This document shows positions 31,754 to 46,208 of a DNA stretch of 64,000 bases, piece after piece. The position numbers were made by a program, and so were the translations under genes. Within the stretch, counting starts at the first letter, position 1, and the number at the start of each line of letters is the position of its first letter. The stretch is from assembly GCF_009914755.1 (NCBI RefSeq), contig NC_060926.1; one strand, given 5' to 3'. The notes below the pieces were generated by a model. The model searched no databases, had not been told where the DNA came from, and saw only the letters and a list, made by a program, of their open reading frames with translations. Source of the stretch: the human T2T-CHM13v2.0 reference genome, Homo sapiens.

Positions 31754-33104
31754 CATTATTTACTGTTTTCCAGATTGATGATAATTTTTTTCTTTTAAGC
31801 TATTTATTGTTTAAAACAATTTAGTAAAGTATATTTTTTGAACAAAGGTTAAAACATTTTTTCTCCCTACCTGACCCCTACAAAATTCAAAAACTATTCA
31901 TGAGTACTTCTATTTTTACAGCAATGTAATTATTTGCATATAAGATCAATAAAAATTTGTTCCCTATTTATCACAGGATAAAATTGAAAACATTGTTTTT
32001 ATTACCATGGCTTCAACTGGAATATTGTATTTGAGAATGTGCATAAAATGGCTGGTTTCAAGGGTTCCCAGCCTTACAGTGAGGGAGTAAAAATTATTAC
32101 TTCCTGTCAGGTTCAGGAATCTTAAGTCTACAGGAAAAATCTAAACTCTGCCTTGGTTTGGCTTCATAACCCCAAGAGGTTTTTAAATCTGAGATTCCTA
32201 TGTGATCGATGTAGAAATAAAAAGTTACATTTCTAAAGAAAAGCTAAAACACATCTGTTATTAGACTGTAGTTCTGTGAATTTTTTTAAGTTCTTATTAT
32301 CTACCTATAGACTAGACTAGATTCTAAATTATTCTACATTCCTTAAATCCAACATTCTTCCACAGAATTCTAAAAACAGGTACTGCTGTCTTCCTAAAGC
32401 CCTATAAGCTGAAACTAGATTAATATTAAGGAACAAATCTCATGCCTGATGTAGGGGCCATACAAAAAGTTCACCAAGCCATCCAATACCATAACAAGAA
32501 ACATTCCAGCTACAAACCAGGATAAGAAGTTAACATTTTCATGCTGTAGACAGCTTTGCCCAAGGCATTAGAACAAGACTCCACAATATAATGAGACCCT
32601 TATCACTTTTAATGCCTACTTCTTTTTACTTGACAGGATAATGGTCATTTGATTTATTCATTTGGTTGCCTTTAAGCCTAGGTTCATGGCTCCAAACTAT
32701 TATGCAAACTGGGATTGTCATATTACCATTAATTTTACTTTATATTTTTTAAATTTTGCTTCTTTTTAAATTTTTACAGAAGTATAAATCTTAACAGAAT
32801 AATGATGGCCCAGTACATTGAGATGATAGCAAAATACTATAAAACAGATGAAACTAAGCTTAATAATTGACTCCAGGTTGACTTAGCCTGACAGTCACTC
32901 CCTTCAACCTTCCCTTGTTGCTCAAATGTGGCTAAAAGGGTTTTGATACCAACTTCTATTTGGCTATCACTCCCTCCAACATAGGACCAGACCGGCAACC
33001 TGGGACACATCCATCTTGGCACTGTGTAATACTCAAAACTCCAACTACAGGATGATTGATCATCAATGCTTTCAGAAAAAAAGACCTCAATCAAAAGAAG
33101 AAAA

Positions 33105-33544
33105 TGTGAAGGTTTTTGGAATCAAAATGGAATACTTATGATAAAAAAAATTAAAAAGCTCTGACAAATAGAGCCAAGGAAGGCCATGAAGAGAAGATTC
33201 TCATACATGAATGCCTCATAACAAAAACTACCACAAAAGACTCTGATTGCACAAAGGCAATCACAACCTTACATAGAAAACTACTTCTGTGGAAACATCT
33301 GCCCAGCAAATGGCTGTCCAATCCCAGACTGATGGCATCCTTGTTATTAATCCTTGAGGCCAAGGATAATTATCTCAACACAATTATGTAATTCTCTTCA
33401 TTTTTTCTTTAACATCTGTCTTCCTTTACTTTCCTAAATACACCCATAGTTTACTATGGCACACATATTCCCATTGCAATGCCCTAATCCTGAATAAGTA
33501 TCATTTTCCATTAGAGAGACTCTCTGTTGTTAATTAGGTTGACA
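33105..33544 (+). mobile_element. MER65A-like 3' LTR
   Basis: TGTGAAGG...AATCAAAATGGA...CTGACAAATAGAGCCAAGGAAGGCCATGAAGAG...TAGGTTGACA. Confidence 0.82.
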
Positions 33545-33605
33545 AAGTTTATACATTTGAGTATATTCAAAATTAAAACGTTTACTCATCAAAAGATACT
33601 GAAAA

Positions 33606-34069
33606 TCAGACCTCAGAGGAGGAGGCCTAATTAACTACTCCAGTTGTCTGCAAATCAGAAAGGATCCTATGAAATTAAGATCCAGATCCTGAGATGAGGA
33701 GTGCTGAAGGCTAGTGCCTAGCATCTAAGGAGGTAGCAATAAGGCTGGTTCTAGAAGTGTAAAAACTGCAAACTGGATCCAGCCACTGCTAATAGAAGAA
33801 ACTGTTGCTACTGGGGCAAAGGAGAGCTGCCAAGCTAAGGTTCACTAACAAGAAAAAGAAACAAACGAGGAACAGGAAGCAAACAAAAAACAATTCCCTT
33901 CTTTCTTTAACCTTCCAGCCTCCCTCTAATGTCTCTATTGGTAAAGCCTAGTTAGGAATCATCTGGCAAAGCAAAACTGTGGCTTGTAGAGTCTCAGTCC
34001 CAGCATCGTACAACAGAGTGTAGGAGAATGAGAGTGAAGTGGAGAGACGATCATTGAATAACCAGTATA
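33606..34069 (-). mobile_element. LTR41-like ERVL LTR fragment
   Basis: Reverse complement contains GATGCTGGGACTGAGACTCTACAAGCCACAG...TTTGCCAGA, as in the LTR41 5' end. Confidence 0.65.
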
Positions 34070-34340
34070 CTATTTATTTAAGATTTAAAACCTGCCAAAC
34101 AAAGCTTTTATTTCATATACATGTAGTAAAAGTAAAAAGAAATGCATGAGGACAAGAAATACAAAATTCAAACAGAGACTACCTTTGGTGGCAATAGAGA
34201 AGATGTGATCTAAAAGAGCCACACAGAGTTCTTCAATTGTCCCTTTCAAGTTTTATTTTCAAGCTGCACAGTGCTTTTGAAAGTATTGATTATAGTATTC
34301 TCTAGGCATTTTGGGTGTCTGGAATACTTCATTAAAAAAC
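34070..34340 (+). mobile_element. L1ME3-like 3' end
   Basis: AAAAAGAAATGCATG...CAAAATTCA...TGTCTGGAATACTTCAT plus an A run. Confidence 0.65.
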
Positions 34341-35144
34341 CAGCCACGGAATGAAAAGAAGGAAAACAAGAGAAGTATACACATTTATATACAATTTACT
34401 GTGAGACACCATCTTGTCTCATGAGGAGTGTTTTGTTTACATGGTAAGGTCAAGATAAAAGTTTCTACCTCATGGTAACAACTGAAATATAGGTTCAGAT
34501 CATGTGAGTGTTTTGACCTGGTACTAAATGGCAGGATTTCATATCTCCTCCAGATTGACACTTGCCCCTGGGAAGAAGGGCAAATGGTCCGTGAAGTCCC
34601 CATCTGCCTGTCTGAAGAACATCTGTAGTGAAGTGGGCTGTCCTAAATTATGTGGCAGTAATGCTACTAAAGGTAAAATTATCCCACCTCAGTAATAATA
34701 GTTATTGGCAGAAGAATGCTTTGAAAAGACATTTGTTTCAGGTTGTTTAAAAATGGAGCCTTAACACTCATTGAAATTTTGTATTCGACACTTGTAACTT
34801 TTATCTGACATTGTACAGATTTATTTGACAACCTATTTAGTTGTTGACAAGTCTGTTCTGCTTCCTTGTAAGTGTATTTTAAAGGTTTATGTTGAACATA
34901 TTTTGTATAAATCTCATAATGATGGAAAAACAATAGGAAAACTGAGTGCATCTCAAAATATGCTCGTCTTCATAAGGCAGCTTGGAACATGAATACTAAT
35001 ACAATTTTTAATGTTTTTATTAAAAATCAATTCAGACTCATAGAATAAAAATTTATTGAACAACTAATATGTTCAATTCTCAAACCAAGCTTTGGGAGAG
35101 AGATGCCTCCCAACACCCACTGATCACCAAGAAAGGATAATGAT

Positions 35145-35320
35145 GGCTTCCAAACAGTTTAATTCCATCCGCTTCTACCCATTTTCACTGCCTATAATTT
35201 AATAAAATCTCACCATCTTCTTTACCTTCAACTGCTGCCTCAGACTTACTATAGACGGTGCCTAGTATATAATTGATTCTTTAAAATATTAGTTTAAATA
35301 AATAAATGAATGAATTTTGA
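35145..35320 (+). mobile_element. L2 3' end
   Basis: GTGCCTAGTATATAA...AAATAAATGAATGAA terminus. Confidence 0.55.
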
Positions 35321-35384
35321 ATGTCTCAAAGTTGTTAAATCCAGAAATGCTGAGGCACAGAATGAAGACTAGAAAGTGAGAGTA

Positions 35385-35771
<387 letters not shown>

Positions 35772-36699
35772 TCAGTAAGTCTCCTAATGTTCTTACTGTA
35801 GAAACAGCAGTAAGTTTTTAAGAATTACTCCCAGTGATATGTTATCCACAATTTTCAAATTATAAAAATGACTGAGATATCTCAAATTATATATGGAATT
35901 TTGTAGGAAAATTGTAAAAAAGATAAGCCTTTCAATGCACAATTCACTAAATCAAATTATCAAAGTTCTTAAAGGGTACTTCATGAAATTTTATTTTTAT
36001 TTGTTTTATTCATTTCTTTTTATCTTTCCACTTACGTAATATCACGTCAGTCACATAGGAGATATTTAATAAATATTGCTGATTCAAATGTTATTTGATA
36101 ACATTTACACACTGACTCAGATATTTTTGTTCAAAAATTATTTTGTCACCCTTCATCATAACAACTTCAATATTTTGATGAAAAAATAACTTTTTATGTT
36201 TATACATATAGCTTTCTTTCAACTAGGATTTGATTCAGCAATCATGCTTGGATTCTAAGTATTTCATGGAATGCAATGATTTAAGAACTTGGTAATTGGT
36301 ACAAGTAATGGTCTTTCATCACCAGCAAATTCGCATTATAAAAATTTTCTCTAGTGACAAAGGATCGTGGTTTTATATCTATTAATCATCAGCAAATTTA
36401 GAGTCAGATTTTAAATTATTCTATTTTTTTCCAATTATTCAGCAAAGGTAAACCTAAGAAATTTTTGTTAGGTTAAGACAGTATTTCAGTACACAACCAA
36501 ATTATTGACTCTATATTATCTATTTCTAAATTGTTTGGCGACAGGTTTTTAGATTTATAGGTGTAGAATACACTTGGCAAAAATTTACTGTAATCCTTTA
36601 TTTTATACTCTCATATCTTGAATGTACTTGATGCTAGTGGGCCTTTCAACAGTAAAGATGGAGAAGAATAAAAATCACAATCTGCAATATTAAATTACT

Positions 36700-36910
36700 A
36701 CTGGGTACACTGTCAGACATTCACTCCAGTCCTAAATCTGCTACTTAGTAGCAACAAAAACCCAAATAAAGAACTTAACTTTCCAGAGTTTCAGCTTACC
36801 TTTCTACATAAGAATAGAAATATCTGGTCTACAAGACTCAGAGGAATAGGTAAGATGTTATGCATGAAGTCTGGGTAAAATGCATAACACTGCTTGCATT
36901 TAATTAGCAT
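36700..36910 (+). mobile_element. MIR fragment
   Basis: TCTGCTACTTAGTAGC...ACTTAACT...TTTCAGCTTACC core-like sequence. Confidence 0.5.
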
Positions 36911-37293
36911 TTGAGATCTTATGTAAAGAACAGAAAAAGAAGTATTAAACCAACAGAAGAAAAAGGTACTTTGTACTGAACAGCATTAGTAGTCCCATAA
37001 TAGACCTCCCTAGCTCCTAGCCCAGTGGTCATCATACATTAAATGAATATGTGTTCAATTAATTAATTAAGCAGAAGAAGCATACGTGATCATATAGTAA
37101 TAACAAGAGAAAACCTAAGACATGAAGAACACTGAAAGAGAAGAAGGTACCATGTGGAGTATGTTTAGATTCCAGGAAACCCCTCTGTATCCTAAATACA
37201 TCAATGGTCATATAGAATAGCAAGGCATGGCATAGAGGTAAACATGTATTGTGAGATGTAATAAATACTATCACTATGGGTGAGGAGCTCTAG

Positions 37294-37624
<331 letters not shown>

Positions 37625-37661
37625 TCTATGTTCTTTATCAAAGGCAGAAGCAACCTATGAC

Positions 37662-38030
37662 TGTAACAGACACTCCTAAACTGACTGCCTGACTTGTTAT
37701 CATTTCTCCCTTCTTGGTGAAATGCCCCTGATCCACAGGAATGGATATCTAACCCTTTTAAAAGACCCCATGTAAAGCCACAGATAATTAGCCGGCAGTG
37801 ACCAACGGACCCAAACTAACCAATCAAATTCTCTTTCCCAGGAATTTGTAGCTTTTACCGACAGTCACAGAAACCAGGTGACAATGGAACAAGATTATGT
37901 TAATTCCAATGTGATAAAGGGAAGATCCACATATTCAGTCAGTTTCAGAGATCCCTAGCACCTCCCTGGTTGTTCAAATCTTCTTAAGATTCTGTGAGAA
38001 TGTAATATATAGTGTAAGATATCCAACTGA
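37662..38030 (+). mobile_element. Old ERVL LTR (LTR33/LTR16-like)
   Basis: TGTAACAGACAC start; GACCCAAACTAACCAATCAAATTCTC motif. Confidence 0.45.
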
Positions 38031-39999
38031 ACGGTGTTGTGCATTCTGCTACCGAGACTGGGCCAAGTTGAGTTGTGAGTTACAATCTCTGCCAAAATGG
38101 TGATCCTGGGAGAACTACAGCTCCATGGAGAAGGGGGCCTGAAAAGGAGAAAGAATGGCTTTTGCTGAGACCATTGATAACACTGAAGACAAAGAAAAAT
38201 TAAAACCTAGGATGGATAAGGAGAAAAATAATAGGCTTCAGTGTCATTACATAGAATAAAAAAAAGCAAATTTTGTATTTTTAGGAGAAATTTCTCATTT
38301 TTAATGAAGAAAGAAAGCTTACATTTAAGAAGAAAAAAATATGAATAAGGTTTTAACAGTGCATTTCCTTAACCCTAGGATATCCAGTCCATAAATATTT
38401 TTGGGACATCAGATGTGTGGGCAAGGAAGTAGGCTATTGAAACCTCAGATTTCTTTAATTTATGCTTACAAAGTTATATAAGTTTTTTCTTTCATGAGAC
38501 TCTCAAATATGGAGGACAGTTCATATCTAAAAGTGTTCTAATTAGTAATTTAGACTAATAACAGCCCCTTGTTATTATTATCTAAAAGTCTCAAAATCAT
38601 GGACTTACACATTGAAGACTACAAAGAGACATCCATGGCAGGAAAGTTGGATTTATTTATCACCAAATGAATTTCTATGAATTAATCCCATTAGAAAAGT
38701 CAGGAAATACAAAATTCACAATCCTCCAGAGTTACGTATTGTTAGAGAAGTAACATTTTTAAACAGTTTCTGAAAACAGGATTAGCAGCTAATATCATTA
38801 ATATTCTAAAAGCAGCCTTCTGAGACTCAGCATAGACAAATCACTGATTTTCACATTTATCTTTCTTGGGACTTCCGTAGTCACTTCAAGCTGTCTTCAT
38901 GTAATCCACTCATACCAGAGAATGTTTTCAAGGGTATTCTAAATAATTAACCTTCTCACGTTAGAGTTCAAATGTCTTTCTGTGATAAAGGACTTGAACA
39001 CCTCAAAAGCATAATTACAGGTATACCCTTGAGAGTTGAGCTATATCAAGTTCTCAAAATGAGTATGGATATTAAAACTGATATAGCAGCAATTAGTTAT
39101 TATGAATTTTCTCTATTACCTAGCCTGTTGGATTGTGTCAGTGAAACATAACTCTGCTTAAAAGAGTTCACATAATTTCTGATTGCCACCCTCAATCCTC
39201 AGTCTTGAATTTATTATAGTATTTCAAAGGCAAAGACATCAAAACTACTTTGACTTTCCTTTTTTCCTCCCATTATTGAATCAATTATGTGTTAACATAA
39301 TGTCACATCTAAAGTGGACTTCTTTTTTAAGAACGGATTTTTGAAGAGTAAATAATGTGTCAATTAAAAATAATAAAAAGAAAACCTTACAGAATAAGAA
39401 ATCATTTAACTATGACCAACTTATAAAAGTATGTAGATGGAGTAAGCCTTAAAATAGTAGTTTTACTGTGTAAAGTAGGCAATTTTGAGTATTGCCATCA
39501 GGCCAAATACCTAAATACCTAAAAGGCCCATAAAAGTGTCCTCCATAAAAAAGTCATTCTAACCTCAATCTAAAAAGGTAATGTTTTCACCACCAATACT
39601 TTAATATGTAGTCTCTAAAATGGAAAGTGAAAACTTTCATATTATTTTCATCAAGAAAATAATCTAGTAATCAGAATTTTTTCTAAAATCTTATTCTACT
39701 AGAATCATTAGAAAGATCATTCCAATAAGAGTTGAAACCATTCTGTGAGAATGGTAATTTTAATATCCTCTGCCTCTAGCACTAGTGTATACTACAGTGT
39801 GACAGATAAGGTTTTTTAATGATATATTTTATCTGAAGATTTTAGGAAGACAGATCTCTAGTAAGTAATAAACTCTATTTGGAGTTTTTAAACATCTGTT
39901 TTAAATCTTTGATTCCAGCAAAGTGATTGTCATACCCCTACTTATGATGGAAAATATATTTGTGTATGTGTGCTCCTTAAACATAAATCATTTCATGTT

Positions 40000-40480
40000 A
40001 TAACATGTAACCACTGTTCTCAAAACTTTTCAGTGCCTTCTCATATACTACTAGGTTACATCAAAGGTCTTTGATCATGGTCTAGCCCTTCACTATCATG
40101 TTGGCCTCATCTCATTCCTATGGCACCATCTATCCTTTTTCTGGCTTTCTTAGTGTGCTCCAGAGCTATTGCTTATGCTATTTTCTCTTTTTGGCATGTT
40201 TTCCTACTTCCTTTATATTTCTGTTTCAATGTCATCATTTTCTTTAAAAAAAATTATTACACATACACATCCCTCTGGTCTATCCTTAGCCTATTTTATT
40301 TGCTTACTCATTTGTTTTTAAAACACTTATTATCTCCTGACATGTTTGTTTTTCTATTTTATGTCTTCTACCCATAGACTATATAGTTTTAAAAAAAGTC
40401 TTCTTAGTTATTATATGCCCAATGCCTGATGCAATGCCAGGCACTCAATAGTTGTTCAATAATTACTTTAAATAAATAAA
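40000..40480 (+). mobile_element. L2 3' region
   Basis: CTCAAAACTTTTCAGTG...ATGCCAGGCACTCAATAGTTGTTCAATAA. Confidence 0.65.
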
Positions 40481-43400
40481 AGCAGCTTTTAAAATCAAAC
40501 ACAAATAGTTTTCATGCCTGGTGTTATGGCATTACAATTGTCTAAAATTCTGCTTTACTTTATCTTAATAGGCTTCAACCCACCCATAATAAATTCTTTT
40601 TACTATAGATTTTTGTTTTACTTGTAACTCTAATAAAGAAATAAATAGGAGGGAAGGGCCAAGATGGCCAACTAGAAGTAGCTGCGCTCTGCAGCTCCAA
40701 CTAAGAAGAATGAAAATGGCGAGTGAATACTGCACCTTCAGCTGAGGTATCCAGGTTATCTCTGGGACTGACTAGGTGGTTGGCACGACCCATGGAGAGC
40801 AAGGAAAAGCAGGGTGAAGCAACAGCCCACCTAGGAGCCACACAGGGCAAGGGGAGCTCAGCCAAGGGAGGTGGTGAGTGATTGTGCTACTTCACCCAAG
40901 AAACCACACTTTTCCCATAGATCTGTACAACCCATCAGGATATCCTCTCATAAGCCCATGCCACTAGGGCCTTGGGTCCCAAGCACAGAGCTGTGCAGAT
41001 GCTTGGAAGCCACTCAGATTGCAGCAAATGGCAGCAGGCTGGAGGCTGCCTAAGACGACCGAGTCCTTGGGGAAGAGGAGCGGCCACCACCACTATGGCT
41101 CCAGTCTGCCATTTTCCCCTACCAGCGCTAAGGAGACTGGGTGGTTTGGAGCAGGAGGAATTCCTCACAGTGCAACACAGTGATTGTGGAAGATTGTGAC
41201 AAGACTGCTTCTTCAAGTGGGACCTGGATCCATTCCTCCTCACCAAGCAGGGCCTCCCTGCAGGAATTTCAGCAATTATAGACAAGGATTTACAGACAGA
41301 ACTCTGATCTCCCTGTGATGGAGCCCCTGGGGGGAGGGGTCGCCTCCATTTCAAGAGCTCAGCAGATTTAGTCCTTCCTGCCCACTAGCTCTGAAGAGTC
41401 TGGGCAGTACGGATGAGGGGGCTTTCCCCAGTGCAGCACACTGCTCTGCCAAAGGGCAGCCAGAGTGCTTCGTTAAGTGGATCCCTGATCCCATGCCTCC
41501 TGAATGGGTAAGACCCCCAGAAAAGGGGTCACCAGACACCTTATACAGGACCATTCCCACTACCACAAGGTCACAAGGTCAGTAACCCTTAGAGGAAGGA
41601 AAAGACAGCCATATTTGCTGTTCTGCAGCCTCCACTAGTGATACCTCCAGGTGCGGGAGGGAGCCAGGAAAATAGGGTCTGGAGTGGACCCCCAGCAAAC
41701 CACAGCAGCCCTACAGAAGAGGGGCCTGCCTGTTAAAAGAAAAGCAAACAAACAGAAAGCAACAACAACAACATCAACAAAAAAGACCCCACACAAAAAA
41801 CCCATCTAAAGGTCAGCAGCTTCAAAGACTGAAGGCAGATAAGCTTACAAATATAAGAAAGAATCAACACAAAATGCTGAAAACTCAAAAATCCAGAGTT
41901 CCTCTTCTCCAAATTATAGCAACACCTCTCCAGCAAGGGCACAGAACAGGGTGGAGGCAGAGATGGATGAACTGACAAAAGTAGGCTTCAGAAAGTGAGT
42001 AATAATGAACTTCACTGAGCTAAAGGAGTATGTTCTAACCCAATGCAAAGAAGATAAGAACCATAATAAAATATTATAGGAGTTGTTAACCACAATAACC
42101 AGTTTAAAAAGGAACATAAATGACCTGATGGAGCTGAAAAACCCAACACGAGAACTTCACAATGCAACCACAAGTATCAATAGCCGAATAGATCAAGAAA
42201 GGAAAGAATCTCAGAGCTTGAAGACTATCTTTCTGAAATAAGACAGGCAGACAAGATTAGAGGAAAAAGGAATGAAAAGAACAAAAGCTTCAAGTACTAT
42301 GGGATTATGTAAAAAGACCAAACCTATAACTGATTGGGGTACCTGAAAGAGACAGGGAGAACGGAACCAAGTTGGAAAACATACTTCAGGGTATCATCCA
42401 GTAGAACTTCCCCAACCTAGCAAGACAGGCCAACATCCAAATTCAGGAAATCCAGAGAACCCCAGTAAGATACTTCATGAGAAGATCACCCTCAAGACAC
42501 ATAATCGCCAGATTCTCCAAGGTGAAAATTAAGGAAAAATGTTAAGGGCAGCCAGAGAGAAAGGCCAAATAAGCTACAAAGGAACACCCATAAGACTTCA
42601 GGGTTTCTCAGTGGAAACCCTAAAGCCAGAAGAGATTGGGGGCCAATATTCAACATTCTTAAAGAGAAGAATTTCCATCCCAAAATTTCATATTGGGCCA
42701 AACTAAGCTTCGTAACTGAAGGAGAAATAAAATGGTTTTCAGACAATCAAATGCTGAAGGAATTCATTACCATCAGGCCTGTCTTACAAGAGCTCCTGAG
42801 GAAGCACTAAATTTGGAAAGGAAAACTATTATCAACCACTACAAAAACACACTGAAGTACACAGACCAATGACACTATGAAGCAACTACATTGACAAGCC
42901 TGCAAAATAACCAGCTAGCATCATGATGACAGGATCAAATTCACACATAACAATAAACCAACAAATATCAAACAGACAAAGGGCATTACATAATGGTAAA
43001 GGAGTCAATTCAACAAGAAGTGCTAACTATTCTGAATATATATATACTCAATGCAAGAGAACCTAGGTTCATAAAACAATTTCTTAGAGACCTACAAAGA
43101 GACTTAGACTCCCACACAATAATAGTAGGAGACTTTAACACCCTACTGTCAATATTAGTCAGATCATGGAGACAAAAAAATTAAGAAAGATATTCAGGAC
43201 TTGAACACAGCTCTGGATCAAGTGGACCTGATAGATATCTGCAAAACTCTCCACCCATAAACAATAGAATATACATTCTTCTGAGTGCCACATGGCACTT
43301 ACTCTAAAATCGATCACATAATTAGAAGTAAAACACTCCTCAGTAAATGCGAAAGAACTGAAATGATAACAAACCGTCTCTCAGACTACAGTGCAATCAA

Positions 43401-44815
43401 ATTAGAACTCAAGATTAAGAAACTCATTCAAAACCACACAACTACATGGAAATTGAACAATCTCCTGAATGACTCCTAGGTAAATAATGAAATTAAGGCA
43501 GAAGTCAAGAAGTTATTTGAATGGGAACAAAGAAGCAACGTATCAGAATCTCTGGGATGCACCTAAAGCTGTGTTGAGGGAAATTGATAGCACTAAATTC
43601 CCACATCAAAAAGCTAGAAAGATTTGAAATTGACATCCTAACACCACAACTGAAAGAACTAGAGAACCAAGAGCAAACAAACCCTAAAGCTAGCAGAAGA
43701 CAAGAAATAACCAAGATCGTAGTGGAACTGAAGGAGATAGAGACATGAAAACCCCTTCAAAAAAAAAATCAATGAATCCAGGAGTTGGTTTTTTGAAAAA
43801 AAAAAAAATCAAATAGATAGACCACTAGCTAGACTAATATAGAAGAAAAGAGAGAAGAATCAAATAGACAGAATACAAAAATGATAAAGGGGATATCACC
43901 ACTGAACCCACAGAAATACAAACAACCATCCGAGAATACTATAAACAACTTAATGCATATAAACTAGAAAATCTAGAAGAAATGGATAAATTCTTGGGTA
44001 CATACACTTTCCCAAGACTGAACCAGGAAGAAGCTGAATCCCTGAATAGACCAATAACAAGTTCTGAAATTGAGGCAGTAATAAATAGCCTACCAACCAA
44101 AAAAAGCCCAGGACCAGATATACAGATGTACAGCTGGAACCAGACATATAGCTGGCACCATTTCTCCTGAAACTATTCCAAACAATTGAAAAGAAGGGTC
44201 TCCTCCTTAACTCATTTTATGAGGCCATCATCATCCTCATACCAGAACCTGGCAGAGATACAACAAAAAAAAGAAAACTTCAGGCCAATATTCCTGATGG
44301 ACGTCGATGCAAAAATCTCAATAAAATACTAGCAAACCGAATCCAGCAGCAGACCAAAAAGCTTATCCACCATGATCAAGTCGGCATCATCCCCAGGATG
44401 CAAGACTACTTCAACATAAGCAAATCATTAAACATAATTCATCGCATAAACAGAACTAAAGACAAAAACCACACGATTATCTCAATAGGTGCAGAAAAGG
44501 CCTTTGAAAAAATTCAGCAGCCCTTCATGCTAAAAACTCTCAATAAACTAGGTATTGATGGAATGTATCTCAAAATAATAAGAGATATTTATGACAAATC
44601 CACAGCCAATATCATAGAGAATGGGCAAAACCTGGGAGCATTCCCCTTGAAAACCGGCACAAGACAAGGATGCCCTCTCTCACCACTCCTATTCAAGATA
44701 GTATTAGAAGTTCTGGCCAGGGCAATCAGGCAAGGGAAAGAAACAAAAGGGTATTCAGAGAGGAAGAAAGGAAGTCAAATTGTCTCTGTTTGCAGATGAC
44801 ATGATCCTATATCTA

Positions 44816-45199
<384 letters not shown>

Positions 45200-46010
45200 T
45201 CAATGTGCAAAAATTACAAGCATTCCTATACACCAACAAAAGACAAGCAGAGAGCCAAATCATGAATGATCTCCCATTCACAATTGCTACAAGGAGAATA
45301 AAATACCTGGGAATACAGCTAACAAGAGAAGTGAAGAATCTCTTCAAGGAGAACTACAAACTACTGCTCAGGGAAATCAGAGAGGACACAAACAAATAGA
45401 AAAACATTTCATTCTTATGGATAGGAAGAATCAATATTGTGAAAATGGACGCACTGCCCAAAGTAATTTATAGATTCAATGCTATTTCCATTAAACTACC
45501 ATTGACATTCTTCATAGAATTAGAAAAAAAAAACTATTTTAAAATTCATATGGAATCAAAAAAGAGTCTGAATAATGAAGACAAGCTTAAGCAAAAAGAA
45601 CAATACTGGAGACATCACACAGCCCAACTTTAAACTATACTGCAAGACTGCAGTAACCAAAACAGCATGGTAGTGGTACAAAAACAGACACTCAGACCAA
45701 TGGAACAGATTAGAGAACTCAGAAATAAGACCACACATCTACAACCATCTGATCTTTGACAAACCTGACAAAAACAAGCAATGGGGAAAGGATTCCCTAT
45801 TTAATAAATGGTGCCAGGAGAACTGGCTAGCCATATGCAGAAAATTGAAACTAGACACTTTCCTTACAGTTTATACAAAAATTGACTCAAAATTGATTAA
45901 AGACTTAAATGTAAAACCCAAAACTATAAAAACCCTAGAAAAAAATCTAGGCAATACCATTCAGCTCATAGGCACAGGCAAAGATTTCATGATGAAAACG
46001 TCAAAAGTAA

Positions 46011-46208
46011 AACAGAAAGGGGGCCATACACACCAGGGCCTGTTGGGGGGCATGGGGTAGGGGGAGGGATAGCTTTAGGAGAAATACCTAATGCAGATGA
46101 CAGATTGATGGGTGCAACAAACCACCATGGCACATGTATACCTATGTAACAAACCTGCACATTCTGCACATATACCCCAGAATTTAAAGTGTAATAATTT
46201 TTTAAAAA
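46011..46208 (+). mobile_element. Nested L1PA7-like 3' end inside L1 ORF2
   Basis: ~200 bp L1 3' UTR (GGGATAGCTTTAGGAGAAATACCTAATG...) interrupting host CAAAAG...GACAAATGGGAT. Confidence 0.9.

Larger units (their letters stand above)
29494..33104 (+). mobile_element. ERV1 MER4-group internal sequence (MER65-int-like), 5' part missing
   Basis: AT-rich non-coding MER4-group internal motifs ending in the purine tract TCAAAAGAAGAAAA next to an LTR. Confidence 0.7.

Noticed and set aside
33920-33950. CTCF site normally carried by LTR41
   Set aside because: The minus strand reads TACCAATAGAGACATTAG; the GGGGGCGC core has decayed.
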